Shown here in pieces: positions 14,321 to 29,742 of a stretch of 64,000 bases of DNA. Within the stretch, counting starts at the first letter, position 1. Each line of letters opens with the position of its first letter. The notes under the pieces were generated by a model. It was not told the DNA's origin. It saw only the letters and a list, made by a program, of their open reading frames with translations, and did no database searches. The stretch is from NCBI RefSeq assembly GCF_009914755.1, contig NC_060927.1; one strand, written 5' to 3'. The DNA is from the human T2T-CHM13v2.0 reference genome, Homo sapiens. The position numbers and the translations under genes are program-made.

Positions 14321-17149
14321 GAATTAATAAGTGATCATTAATTACTATTATTTTGCCTCTGTAAATGACTTCCACCTCCGATAAATGTTAATTGGCAGAC
14401 ACTTCTCCTACCCTTCCAAGCTTTTTGATTGAAATGAATGTGAAAACTCAAGACCAGGATGGCTTCCCCATCACATCTTATAAGGGAATAGGTCTTGTAA
14501 GTTTTACCTATGTCTCCTCATCCAAGAGGCCCCCCTGCTCCTGTCTCACTCACTCTTTCTCTCCTTCTTTTGAATTTCTCCCAGTGTGAGCACTAACCAA
14601 GGTCTACCTGGGATATTATTAAAAAGTACTTTACTAAAATTAATCTCATCTAATTTTTGAGTGCTGATGATGTGCTGGGCACTATGCTATGCCCTTACTT
14701 GTACATCTCATGCAATCTCCACAACTTATGAGAAAAGCATTATTTCTAAGATGGGGAAACTGAGGCACAGAGAGGTTTGGTAACAGATGAAAAGACACAC
14801 AGCCAGCAAATGAAGGACCTGAGATTAATTGGGCTCTTTATGATGGGAGATCACACTAAGCAGCCTCTGGTATATGTTTTGCTTTGTCTTTGGGGTGTTT
14901 ATAACACAAGGACAACCACACAGCAGGTGCTCAAAATATCCTTGCTAGTGAATGGAAGAGGCCACTTGGTTAGGCACTTGGGTACTGTTAGCAATGTAAA
15001 TCCTCAGTTGTCATTCTCCTACTGAATGCCCTATTACATTCCTCTGATCTTTGCCCAGAGAGAAAGAGTCTATTGCTTTATTTACAGCCCCTGCCTTTCC
15101 CAAAGCTGTCCTGCTTGAACATTCCCAATGTTATCTTTTGAATAAGTCCCCGCCTACCGCTTGTGTATGATCACATCATATCTCAGCCACTCTGCTCTGT
15201 GCAACCCATCCAGTTGTCTCAGAAGCATCTCCATGACAGCAGCTGGTGTTGTTGGAGGTTTGCCCAATAGCACAACAAAGGAAGAGTACACTTTGAGTTC
15301 CTGAAAACACTGAAACATACCATTCACTGCCCCCCACCCCAACACGCGCCAGTTGCTGCCTCTGAAAATCAGACTGATGCAGCCCCCAGGGCTGCTGAGA
15401 AGGTAAATTTTCTTATCTGTGGCCTCTGGACATGCACATGTGAGTGAGCCATGAGCAGGGAGAGGATGCTTACAGAGCTGGGGGAAATGGTGCCAGATTC
15501 TTTCCTTGGGTGGCAAGGGGACTGTGTAGGGGCAAGGGGACTGTGTAGGGGGATTGGTGCATTTAATAAAATGTGGCCTCCAAAGCCAAGTCTAATGGGG
15601 GCTCAGATAAAGTCCACTCCACTGCAAGTGGCTTTGGCTTAGTACAGATGATGTCTTGGGGAAGAAGGAAATAGAGGGGATGAGCATTGAAAAATACCTT
15701 TGCCGTGAATGGTGGGAGCAAGTTGGTGAAGGTACCAAAGGTGACAGTCCCATGGCTTTAGGTCACATTGGAGCTGAAGCCCTGGATGACCCGTTGCCTG
15801 AACATGCTGTGGGACTGAGCCTGTGCCTCCACTGGCCAAATCTCTGGGCCTGAGCAGAGGCAGCACTGTACTCACCTTCTCTTCTGCTAGTCCTTCTTTC
15901 CTCACTTGCTTCTTGATCTTCCCTGGCCATTTCTACAGGCAGTTTCTGTAGGGGAAAGGCAGCTGTGGTAGGTCCTTGGAGCAGTTTGTGGGTTTAGCTT
16001 TGGCCGAGGCCTCCTGCTCTAGGTTGAGCCTCGTGAGTTCATAATTTAGGGTTCAAGAGGGAATGTGCCTACTACTCTCTAGGTGTTCCTGATTCCCAGA
16101 GGTATTCCTGTGGAAGCTGGACAAACTCTGGAAGATACAGAGAGAATTCCTGAGCTGCTGGGGAATTGGGAGAGAATGGAGGGAATGAGATGGACTCTGG
16201 GTTCCTGAAAACTCTGACCTTCTATTTATCTGTCTGTCAATCTATCCACACATGGATGGTTTTTCATCAATCTATAGTGGAGATGAGTGTTCCCTGCCTT
16301 CCCTTCCTTGCTAGATGTTGCCTTTGACTACTCTGATTTGTCTCCTTTACATTTGATACCATCCCTCTCTCCTATCCAAGGTAGGTTCTGTGGTTACCAT
16401 TTCAGTTCTCAGAGCTTTTGTCATGTGCAATCTGGCGAAGAGTTAGAGAGATAGCTGGAGAAGAAAGGGAGAAGGACATAGCCAGAAAGGCTGAGTTGAA
16501 ATCAGATACAAAGGGCTGGAAGTGAGGGTGGAGGTGGGAGGGAGGAAAAAATTCCTTGAGGTCAGGGGTGGAGAAAGTTGGGGAAGTGTGGTCTAGAGAG
16601 GCTGCTGCCGGGTGTGAGAAAATTAAGGAGAAGAGCAGAGAGGACTTGAGGGATATTAACTGGCTCCTTTATCATGTTTCCTGAGAAACTCAAGTAAAAA
16701 TTGGGATTCTTTTAAAGTTTTCTTTTAGAGATTGGACTACACTTATTTGAACATAACTGCAGAAATTGGGCCAGGGAGGCTCCTGAATCTATTAGAGTTA
16801 TAAAGCATTCATTGTCTCAACCATGCCAGACTGTGCTAGGGACTGAGGGAACAAATAGGACTAAGAGGTAATTTATGTCCTGGAGGAGCTCATGGAATGC
16901 AATGATTCTGTCAGGTTGTCATCCTAAGATTGTAATATTTCAGAATTCCATTTTGCGGAAATTCTCAACCCCAACATGTGGACTGAGAAGTATACTTCCA
17001 GTACTTGAGTCAGGGGACAGAATGTCTTGGAGAAGGCAGTCTGTGTCTCCTCCTCTTCCTTCTCTTAGGAAGGGCCTGGTCTCTGGGTAGGTCCTAGGAC
17101 CAAAGTCCAGTTGCCTTTGGGAGGATCCCTATCTGCCAACTCAGAAGAT

Positions 17150-18067
<918 letters not shown>

Positions 18068-18337
18068 TGAGGCAGGAAAATAAGGTCTAGAGGCAGAGAA
18101 CATAAGGCTGATTCACACTTCAGCTATAACAGAAAATATCCTCTCCATAGGGCATACACCAAGTATATAACTTTGTAATTTTACTTCATACTCTTCATTT
18201 ACATAGGATGTACCCCAAGTAGAGGGCATTTAAATTCACAAAAACTCTGTAACATGCCTTTTGAGCCCCTATGCTCAGGCCCTCTCCCACATTGTGGAGT
18301 GTACTTTCATTTTCAATAAATCCCTTCATTCCTTCCT
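18068..18337 (+). mobile_element. MER61-family LTR, 3'-truncated
   Basis: tgaggcaggaaaataaggtctagaggcag ... ttcacacttcagctat ... cattttcaataaatcccttcattcc. Confidence 0.75.
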
Positions 18338-21300
18338 CTTATTGGCATCTTCTTAGGAGCCTGAAGATGAGGTTTTAATTGCTTTCATTGTTTAAGATTT
18401 AGCAGGACATAGTGTCTTTTGTAGACCCAGGGGTCAAAGCCCTGTAACTCAATGTCACAAGGACTTTAAAAACACACAGGAAGATACATGGATATAATAA
18501 CCTCAATTAACATTTTTTTCTCTCAGTTTGTTTTTTCCTAAGCAAACCAAAACTTAATAATGATATGACAACTTGATAATATAAAAGTTTTTTTTAAAAA
18601 CAAATCCTCTTAGTGTGACTTACGCTGACCATTTATGACATGCTTGGACTTTGTGGTTTGTCCTGAACATCCCTTCTTCTTAAACAGTCATTTTATTTTA
18701 GGACTAAATTTACCATACAAGATTCTTTCTCATATAAAATTATTTCTCTTTAAGCTTTCTAACTACAACAAGTCTCTTTATTTTTATAACTTTGTTTACA
18801 TCTTTTTTATTTCCTAGTTCCTTTTACCTTGTTTTATACATGACCTTTAAATAAGGTTTGAATTAGACAAAAATTGTTCACCTTTTTTGAGAGGACACAC
18901 TTTTTTTTAAAAGAATGTTTTCCTATGATTATAGTTTTATTGGAAAATATCTAAATAATGAAATGAAATATCTATTATTTAATTTAACTTTAGATTCTAA
19001 ATTATGATGAATTTATCTACAAGTATTTATCCTATTCCTTTTACCTAATTATTTTGTTTTAATTGTTTACTAGATTATTTATGAAAACTGCTATAGTCAT
19101 CATTTAAAGTTATGAAACTGCCATTGCAAAATTTTAACTGAGACAGTAAAAAAGATTTGACCTAACTGACTCCATCTTGCTTTTAATTTCCAAGCTGTCC
19201 TTGTTCATTCCTGGGCGTAGGCCAAACTAACTTTGGGATGGATTTAGTTTATAGTTTAGCTTTGAAACAAAGATGATAACAGTCCTTTCCCAAAACAAAC
19301 CTCCTTACCGCCTGTGGACTATACTGCCTAAAGCCACAGGATTAGAAGTTATGGTAATCTTACTAAATTCAAGATGCAGCTATTTTCATTAAACCAATAT
19401 CAATGTCTTATTTATTAAAAATTACACAAGCAAAGATCATCCTTTTTTGGGCTGGGTTTATAGTTTTGTAACCCCTATACCAAATTTTGACACCTTATAG
19501 TATTTGGCAGGGATAAGTATGGAATTGCTTGATTAATAAATGCAAACAGAAATTTATGCTGGAAATTCTTAAGATATTTCTAATATTACTTTACCAATAA
19601 TTTTAAAGCTAGATTAGTTATTAAATATTTTACTTAAGTTACATAAACTTGAAAAAGCATTTGACTAGTCTTTTCTTTTTTAGTACCTGATTTAAACACT
19701 TTTATTTTTTTAAGCCAATTAATTAGAGCTCTTTTATATATTTTTAGTGGTGAAACATTGTGTACACAACACATAAATACATAGACATATTAGGCATGCT
19801 GATAGAAGTACATCTTATAGATTCATAAAAACTTTTTTTTCCTTAGACTTTCAGATTGTTGATAACCTGTTTCACAAGACTGAGCAGTTGCCAGCTAATT
19901 TGCATATCAAAGGAAACAACTCAGGTGAAAATCAAATAGCGAAATTTACATTATAAGGTGCAGAGAGAAGAAGTTTGGTGTGTTAGAGGGAGATTAAAAC
20001 AGACTTAATTGCTAATTAAAGATAACATTGTAGAAATGATAAAGGCCTTTGAAATACACACACACATGCACACGCACACACACACAGAAGATTCTATAGC
20101 TTTTACTTTAGAACTTTTAGCCATGAGATAAATACAAATTCACTGGCTTGCAAAAAGAACTTGTTGGATCTAAACAGTGGTTTTTATCTTAATAGAAAAA
20201 TAGCAGCAGGTTTAGAGCAAGCAGAAAGTAAAAAATAGATTAAAAAAGGACTTAGGAACTCTATAGTTTGCAGATCGACCTTAGGGCTCTTTTTCCTTAA
20301 CATAAATGTACACAAAGGCCATATTATTTCCATATTATATAAGCTCTGGCAAGTAGAGGCACCATAAAACCTATGGAGTGCTCGAAAGGGAGTCATTCTC
20401 CTTGTTTTCTCTTCATTCTTAGATCATTTGTTTCCTACCTTTTTTTTTTATCTTAAAAGGAGGAACTGAGCTGTGGCCTAGGGTTTTTGTGGACGGATCC
20501 ATGTGTGCTGCTGGTGGGCAGGACTCCACAGTGTGTCACCACTGAGTGGTTTCCACCCTCTTAAGTGTCTTGTTTCTCTCTCCAGAGGTCTATGACCTCA
20601 GTCAGAGAGGACTCAAAACACTGGGTGATCAGCTCTTATATGTGTTTCCTGGACAAGCCATTTTAAAAATTAATTTTTGTTGGGGATTTTCCTGCAGGGC
20701 AGCTGCACATTGTAGGGGGTCAATCCTCCAGGCACTCCCAGAGGCCTTCAGTCACCTAGGGCACTTTTCGGCTGAGGGGAGCAAATGCCCTTTCTCTTAA
20801 GAGCTGAGAAAACTCAGTCACTCATTAACGTATGAAAACAACAGTTCAGTTCCTCATGCAAATATGCACAGACAAACCAAATTAAGATTAATTTGGGAGA
20901 AAAAGCAATAGAGAAGACTCTTTAGAATGCATCTCCGAACTAGAATTAGGATCCTAAAACAACAACTTCCTACAAGAGAAAAATAAAAAAACCAGCCAAG
21001 ATCACTTCCTGTAAACTGTACTCAGCTACCCGTTACTTTGTAGCTCTCGTGTGACATTATACATGCCAAGGTCAAATCCTCTCACAGTGCAAAGTCATTT
21101 CTGGAACCCCAAAGCCAAAAAAGTCAGGTCATGCAATACAGGAAAACAGCTTTAGACCTAAAAGAAATATGCCCTTGACTCTTGAAACTCCCCAAAGAGA
21201 ACAGAACACCCCAAAAGCAGGTGAGTGGTGCCTTTGTTCTGAATTCTTTAAAAGGGGTTCAAGTCATTAGACTCCTTCTCTAAATTTTTTGGTACTGCAG

Positions 21301-22035
21301 ATGGCAAAAGGGGAAAGGAGATATAGGGTGGAAGGAAAATAAATGAAAGATTTTTTTTTTTTTAAGGCAGGAAGCAAACACAGAGCCCAAACACATGGCT
21401 TTTTTTTTCTTTTGCAGCTGTGAGGAATTTTAGCAAAATTAGAGAGGCCCTGTTTCCCATAATTTGGAATTCTCACTTGGATTTGACCAACTCAGGTAGA
21501 GTTGGTCAAATCTGATGGGAGAAAGACCAGAACAAACAACACCCCCAACAATATGATCACTGAGTGCTCTAATGGCAAGGAGAAATTAAGTCCAGCTGGT
21601 TGTTAATCTCAACTTAACCAAGACAAACTCCAATTCAGTTACTAAGACCCAGGGATGGATCTTAGGCTGAAGACTTCTGTCTACCATCCTAGAAGCAGGA
21701 AAAAAAAGCTCGTCTTCCCTGTCAGAAGTGAGCTCAAATCAAACTCCATAAAGGAGTTACCTGCCTTCCACCATCATGGAAGCAGAAAAACTTGCCTTCC
21801 TTGTGTTGGAAGCAAGTAAAACTCCAAAAAAAGAGGAGTTGTACAGCAAAATAAACTTTAGATCTTGACCAAATTTTGAGAGATCAGGGATTCCCTGAAG
21901 GGGGTGCTCTCAGACCTCAGCAAATTGTCCTATTGGTTTCAGCCATAACGTTAGCTCATGCTCGTACCAAGCACCACAGGAAATTTGTCAAAGGTCAGGA
22001 GCATCTCCACTCAGAATGCCCCCGTGGTTACCAAA
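18338..22035 (-). mobile_element. MER4-group ERV1 internal sequence (non-autonomous, no intact ORFs)
   Basis: Follows the MER4A LTR with a PBS-like tttggtaaccacggg on the minus strand; AT-rich MER4-int style, including an LTR8-like block near 19115-19370. Confidence 0.75.
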
Positions 22036-22481
22036 TGTGAACCCCCAAAATTTGAGACAGGTCTCAGTTAACTTAGGTTTATTTTGCCAAGGTTGAGGAC
22101 GAGTGCCCATAACACAGCTTTAGGAAGTCCTGAGGACATGTGCCCAAGGTGGTCGGGGCACAGCTTGATTTTATACACTTTAGGGAAACATGAGACATCA
22201 ATGAATACATATAAGAAGTACATTGGTTCTGTCCAGAAAGGGGAGGACACCTTGAAGCAAGGAGGGGGCTTCCAAGTCACAGGTAGGTGAGAGACAAATG
22301 GTTGCATTCTTTTGAGTTTCTGATAAGCCTTTTCAAGGGAGGAGATCAGACTATGCATCTGTCTCAGTGAGCAGAAGGATGACTTTAAATAGAATGGCAG
22401 GCAAGTTTGCCCTGAGCAGTTCCCAGCTTGACTTTTCCCTTTAGCTTAGTAATTTTGGGGCCCCAAGATTTTCCTTTTACA
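22036..22481 (-). mobile_element. MER4A-type 5' LTR
   Basis: Minus strand reads tgtaaaaggaaaatcttggggccccaaaattactaagctaaagggaaaagtcaagctgggaactgc ... ggttcaca (TG...CA). Confidence 0.85.
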
Positions 22482-23077
22482 CCTACCTGTGCCCACACTC
22501 ACAAAACACCAAAAACAAATGTTTGCAAGGATGCTTTTCATAGAGCTGGACGGTTTTAAGGTTATAGAAAATGATTGCCAAATACATTTCTGTCCTAGTT
22601 TCCTTATGCCAAGCCTGTGTTTTATTGCTGGGTGTACTTTCTTCACACACAGTCCACCTTTATCAGGAGTAGGAGTTATCCAGGTTTTCACAAGGGCTTA
22701 GCTTTCTGCACTGGGTGCCAGTGCACACCTTTGTTTATGGAGCTGAAGCAGAACTAGACAGGAGGGAATCAGAGATGTTTGGACAAGAGGAGGGTTTCAT
22801 TGTGGCTGTTTTTTAAAAGGTTGAATGCTTCCTGAGGGATGGGAGGCTTCAAAGGCTTGGTGTTCTGGTAAAAGCAGTGGGGGAAACTCCCTTTCTATGG
22901 CCTGCAGAGGAAATGCCAATGCACTCAGTTGCTCCTGTCATCTCTCTCCCTCCCTCTGCCCCTCACCATTGCAGGGACCCCCACACTGGGTCCAAGGTCC
23001 CTGATGCACTCATTTTATTGTATATTTTGGGGTCTGATCACCACTGATTTCTCCTCTCCAGCTAGGAAAATCCTAGA

Positions 23078-24620
23078 TGGTGTCTTCTTCCAATAGAAGG
23101 CTGTTTCATCTACATTGAAAATCTGTTGTTCGATTTAGCCACCTTTGTCAGAGGCATGTGAACCAGAGAAACTCCATCTTAAGCAGGAGCTGGGAAAAAT
23201 GAGGCTGAAACCTACTGGGCCTTATTCCCAGATGGTTAGGGCATTCTAAGTCACAGGATGAGATAGGAGGTCAGCACAAAAAACAGGTCATAAAGAGCTT
23301 GTTGATAAAACAGGTTGCAGAAAAGAAGCTGAGCAAAGCCAAAATGGCCACAAGAGTGACCTCTGGTCATCCTCAGTGCTACACTCCCACCAGTGCCATG
23401 ACAGTTTACAAATGCCATGGCAACGACAGGAAATTACCCTATATGGTCTAAAAAGTGGGGGGAATGAATAATCCACCCCTTGTTTAGCATATCATCAAGA
23501 AATAACCATAAAAATGGGCAACCAGCAACTCTCGGGGCTGCTCTGTCTATGGAGTAGCCATTCTTTTATTGCTTTAGTTTCTTAATAAACTTGCTTTCAC
23601 TTTGCACTGCAGACTCGCCCTGAATTATTTCTTGCATGAGATCTAAGAACCCTTTCTTGGGGTCTGGATTGGGACCCCTTTCCTATAACATATTTCTTTG
23701 TTCTGTAACACCTTCTTCAATGATCTCAGCTGGATCTTCTAGATAACTGGCAGCTTCTTCATCAGCACTTGCTGCTTCACTGTGTATTTTTATGTTATGG
23801 AGACAGCTTCTCTCCTTAAACCTCATGAATCAAACTTTGCTATATTCCAACTTTTCTTCTGCAGTTTTCTCACTTGTCTCAGCCTTCATAGAACTGAAGA
23901 GAGTTAGGGCCTTGCTCTGGATTAGGCTTTGGCTTAGGGAATGTTTTGCATCCTGATCTTCTATCCAGATCCCTCAAACTTTCTCCTTATCAGCAATAAA
24001 GCTGTTTTGCTATCTTATCATTCATGTTCACTGGAGTAGCACTTTCAATTTCCTTCAAGAACTTTTACTTTGCATCTACCACTTGACTACCACTTGGCCC
24101 AAGAGGCCTAGCTTTTGGCCTGTCTTGGCTTTTGATATGACTTTCTCACTAAGTTTAATCATTTCTAGCTTTTGGTAAAAGGTGAGAGATGTGCAACTCT
24201 TTCTTTCACTTTAACACTGAGAGTCCATGGTAGGGTTATGAATTGGCCTCATGTCAATATTGTTGTGTCTCAGGGAATAGGGAGGCCTGAGGAGAGGGAG
24301 AGAGATGGGTGAATGACTGGTTGGTGACACAGTCAGGACACACACATTTATTAAGTTTGCCATCTTACATATGCTCAGTTTGTGGTGCCCCAAAACAATT
24401 ACAATAGTAACGTCAAAGATTGCGGATCACAGATCACCATAACAAGAATGTTAAATATTGAGAGAATTACCAGAATGAGACACAGAGACGCAAAGTGAAT
24501 ACTTGCATTGGGAAAATGGCGCTGACAGACTTGCTTGCCACAGAATCTTGAATTTGTAAAAAACACAATATCTGTGAAGTGCAATAAAAGCAAAGTGCGA
24601 AAAAATGAGGTATGCCTGTA
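23078..24620. mobile_element. Tigger2-type TcMar transposon fragment interrupted by MER41A
   Basis: cttcttccaatagaaggctgtttcatctacattgaaaatctg...; ends caataaaagcaaagtgcga...atgaggtatgcctg followed by TA. Confidence 0.75.
23146..23710 (+). mobile_element. MER41A LTR (lacks the STAT1 block); 4-bp TSD cctt
   Basis: tgtcagaggcatgtgaaccagag...aaca; ggtctaaaaagtggggggaatgaataatcc shows the GAS segment is absent. TSD at 23142-23145 and 23711-23714. Confidence 0.85.
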
Positions 24621-25420
<800 letters not shown>

Positions 25421-25609
25421 ACAGCAAAAAAACAAACAAATAAAACTCCAAAACAAAACAAAACAAAACACACCTCCCGCCCGCCCAGTCTTCTCACTCT
25501 GCAGCTTGAGCTCTGTCTCCTTTGCGTGATGCTGCTTGTGTCATGCTGCATTGTTTGCCATCATAAAACCAGAACTAAAAAGGAGAAGAAACCAACATTT
25601 TGGCAAAAA

Positions 25610-25875
25610 CAGTGTTTCTCAAAGGGTGTCTGTTAAACACTGATTCAGTAGGATTTGTTAGGGAGGAATAAATATTCTGTGTCCAAGCACACTCAGGAAA
25701 TCCTGGGTTAAACAGTTTTCTTTACTGAAAGACTTAGGATATGAATGTATGCTACGGATCTCTAAGGGGAGGCTAAAGAATACGGCAACTCCTTAGGTTT
25801 TTGTCCATAGACTCTTTTGTTTTCTCTTCTGAGTATCCCAAGAGACTAGAGATCCATGTGCTTGGGAAACGCTGA
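25610..25875. mobile_element. MER103C-like hAT MITE
   Basis: TIR-like cagtgtttctcaaa ... ttgggaaacgctg; internal gggttaaacagttttctttactg. Confidence 0.55.
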
Positions 25876-26440
25876 GCTAACGCATTCATCGGAGAAGAGA
25901 AAAGCAAGGAGCTGTGGATCAGTTTCACTCTGGAGTTGGGTGTTGAGCTTCAGGCCCTGGCTCTGCCTAGCCTTTTGCAACGTACTTAGTGTAATAACTT
26001 ACAGGAGACAACTGGAAAGAAAGAGGTCAATCTTCATGGTGCAAAAGGTTTGATTTTCATTTTTTAAATTCTCCACTTTGAGCAGTGACTTTGGAGAGAG
26101 TTCTTCTTCCTCCTCTGCTCTATCTTTAGGGTTGGAGGCCCCGTTCCTCATCTGACAGTGGGCCTGGATGGATGGAGAATAATTGACAATCCACACTGGG
26201 AGGTAAGCAGGAGATGATGGGCGTTTGGGGACACAGGTGGAGGGTCGTGAAGAAGCAGGTCCAGGAGGAACATTCTCTGATGACTACAGGGTTGGCCAGC
26301 CATGCAGTGAACTCTAAGTTTCTAAGACATTCGCTCATGAGGAGTGAAACCTGGGGTTGGAGGAGATGATCTGAGTAGACTGAAGAAGTCACCCCAAATA
26401 TTATCATTATGTGGGCTTTTTATGGTTATAACATTTCTAG

Positions 26441-26983
26441 TGCATTAGTTACCTGTTTTTGCATAACAAATTACCTCCAAACTTAGTGGTTTAAAACAGC
26501 AATACATTTTGTTATCTCACAGTTTCTCTTGGTCAGGAATTTGGGAGGGATTTAACTGAGTGGTTCTGGGTTCTGGTCTCTCATGAAGCTGCAGTCTTCT
26601 GGAGATTTGTTTGGGGCTGGAGGATCTGATTCCAAGATGTTGCACCCACATGGATTGCACATTCATGTTGGCTGTTAGCAAAAAATCCCTCAGTTCCTCA
26701 CCATGTGGACCTCAGATAAATCTGCTTGAGTGTTCTCACAACATGGCAGCTGGCTTCTTCCAGAGCAAGTGATCCAAGACAGAAAGAGCAAAGTGGAAGC
26801 TGCCATGTCTTTTGTGATGTAGTCTTAGAAGTCACACTTCATCATTTCTGCAATATCCTAACGGTTATACATAGATTAGCCCTATTCATCCCTATTGAAT
26901 GTGGGGTGGGGGCTATATATATAATGGCATAAATTTCAGAATGAAAGAATCATTGGGAGCCATCTTGAAAGTCTACTACTACA
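26441..26983 (-). mobile_element. MaLR LTR (MLT1G/H-like)
   Basis: tgcattagttacctg...ataacaaattacctccaaacttagtggtttaaaac ... gccatcttgaaagtctactactaca. Confidence 0.7.
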
Positions 26984-29121
26984 AGTAACCTATAAGAGAA
27001 AGAAATTATTGAATGAACATCTTTAAGTGGGGTGATATGCATTCTTAAATGGTTAAAAGCATGACAATTTTTTAAAGACTATACTACCATTTTTTTTCCA
27101 AAAGCAGGAGCAAAATGCTAGGGTCTCAATTTGCCCATTCTTTCAACAAATATTTGTTGAGCACCTATGTTGTGCCACCAGTTTGCTTAGGATCTTTGCA
27201 CTGGGAGCCCTGCTAGAGAAACATATTGCAGGTGCACAGTCAGAAACCAGATAGACAAGACCAGGAAGAAGTACTGCCTTGATTCATAATCAGACCTGAA
27301 TATTTGTCATTCATCCTAGTAATAAGTAGGAGCCTCAAGTAATTGCACTGGCCTGAACAGCACTTCCAGCCTTTGTTTGTTGGTTGGATAATGACTTCAT
27401 TTCATGTGCTCTAGTAAACCGATTGACTGTCCTCTCCCACCTCTCTCTCTGATCATAATTCTTTCTGTGCCCATTTCATTCAGAGACGTGTGCCCTCCAA
27501 ACCACACTCCCCACATTTATCAAAGCTAAATAGCTTCCTGATGCCTTCCCCCATATTTCTAAAAGCAAGCTCCTCTTACCTTACACAGAGAGACTAAGTT
27601 GAACAGGAAACTTAATTAATACACAATTTATCTTTTCCTTCAGGTTATTTATTTCTCAGTCAAAACTATTGGTTGCCTGCAAGAAACGGATGCTGGCCCT
27701 GTTAAGCATAAGGGAATTTATTGGAAGGACACGAGAGTTCTCAGCATTGATAGGTAGCTTGAAAACCAAGCTTAGGAAAGAGATGAGAACCAAGGGCTTT
27801 TTCTGGTGCCAGGCACCAGTGTGCCACTGCGGCCACTGTGATAAGGCACCTTCAATTGATCCTCTTGTCCTTGCTTCACACCTACAATATCCAAAGTTTT
27901 GGGAAATAACATCCAATTGGCTTGGCCAAGGCTCTGGGTTTCATAGGTGGGAAGTAGCAAGACCTGACTCATTTTGTTGTCAACAACAACAAGAAAAGGA
28001 GGGAAGGAAGGAAGGAAGGAAGAGAAAGAGAAAGAGAAAGAAAAAGGGCAAATGTTTTTACACATTTACTAAATGGCTCTTGTTGATTTGTTTCCAAGCC
28101 ATTCAAACTGAACCTTTCCGTTACCCAAGGAAGAGTCAATTACTTCATACTCCTCAGGATCCACCCAAAGCTTGTATTTTCCATAAACAAGCTCCCCAAA
28201 TTGGCAAACACTCACAAGAAGTGCTTTAATTGGATATTCTGTTAATTTACCAATAATCATCTTTGAATGCCATTTATTACAGAAAATTAGATGAATTTAG
28301 CACGAACAGAAAAATATTGATTGCCACCCTCTGAATTTTTAATATGAGTGTTTGATTTATAAATTAATCCTTCATTTTGTTAATTAGAGCAAAGAGGCAG
28401 TCTCCAAACCCAGGCTATGGTGCTGAGCATTATTGTAACTTTCATCAGCAATTTTAGTTAAGAATGATTTATTAAAATGAATTTCTTGTCTGGTTCAGGT
28501 TTTGTGTCTTGCTGTAGCAAGCAGCCTCATGCTTGCCAGGTTTGTGGTTATGTTTTTATAACTCTTTCTTCAGTCCTTCATTCTCAACCTACCTGCCCAT
28601 TTTGGTTGGCTTTATTCCAAGCATTTTTCCAGAGGGTTAACCTGGTTGACCTCTACTTTGCCCCAGGATCCTGTAACATCTTTCAGAAGAGTGTTGGGTT
28701 TTAAATGACTCAAAGGGCCTCCGATTGTCCAAATGTCTATCCCCAAAACCTAGACCCCGCTTGGTAAGTAGCAGAAGTGCAGGTAATTACTGGATTGACA
28801 TGCACTCACCTGCACACCTTTTAAACTTCACAGGAACTAGACCCAGTCCACAGCCCAAGCACGTTAATTGGATTGGGCTGCACTACGCCTCTTGCCAGTG
28901 ATCATTTTAGGCATTACCATGTGTCACCATTCTGGGCAGTAAGAAATCAGGAGAAGCTGCTAAGGTAGGGGGCAAGAGGAGACACTTCTGTAAAAAATTT
29001 AACTTGCTGAGAAAAAGAAACTGAAGGAAGAAATAGTCCATTTATCTACCCCATACACACATTGTTTTTTTTTATAAAAATGGTTGTCAATGATTGAAAG
29101 AGTGAGAAAGTGAACAGACCC

Positions 29122-29487
29122 TGTCTTAGTTTGTTTGGGTTTCTATAGCAAAGTACCATAACTGGGGAGCTTATGAGCAACAGAAAATTATTTCTCACAG
29201 TTCTGGAGGCTGGAAAAGTCCAAGATCAAGAGGCCAGCAGATTCAGTGTCTGGTGAGAGACCATATTCTGGTTCATAGATGGCACCTTCTTGCTGTGTCC
29301 TCACACGGCGGAAGAGATAAGAGGTCTTTCTTGGGCCTCTTTTGTAAGGGCTCTAATCCCATTCTTGAGGGCTCTGCCCTAATGACCTAATTATTTCCCA
29401 AAGCCCCCCCATCCCATTCCCCCAGCCTTGGGGTTTAGAATTTCAACCTATGAATTTTGGAAAAACACAAACATTCAGACCATAGCA
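29122..29487 (-). mobile_element. MaLR LTR (MLT1A/MSTD-like)
   Basis: tgtcttagtttgtttggg ... tctcacagttctggaggctgg ... acattcagaccatagca. Confidence 0.8.
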
Positions 29488-29742
29488 AATGCTTTCAGTT
29501 TTTCAAGGATCTTCCACCATAAGTATCCTGCTTCATTTTTAAAATCACCCTGAGAAATGGAGAAAATATAGTCTGGTTGATTCACACTCAGGTCCTGGAG
29601 TTAAACAGAATCCTGTCTTTGCCATTAGCTAGCTGCGGTGATGTGAAACAAGTTAATTTACCTCTCTGATCCTCTGTTTCTTTATCAATAAAATAAGAAC
29701 AATAAGATTCCCTATTTCATGGAGCTTACTTTGTGGTTGCCC

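Noticed and set aside
19115-19370. Separate LTR8 insertion
   Set aside because: No termini or TSD; as I recall, this LTR8-like block is part of the MER4-group internal consensus.
21480-21511. Hairpin atttgaccaactc-aggta-gagttggtcaaat
   Set aside because: Lies within MER4-type internal sequence and is most likely a family feature, not locus-specific.
27669-28229. Longest ORF in the track (186 aa)
   Set aside because: Non-ATG start; runs through an old MLT1 relic and a (GAAG/GAAAA)n tract; no recognisable domain.
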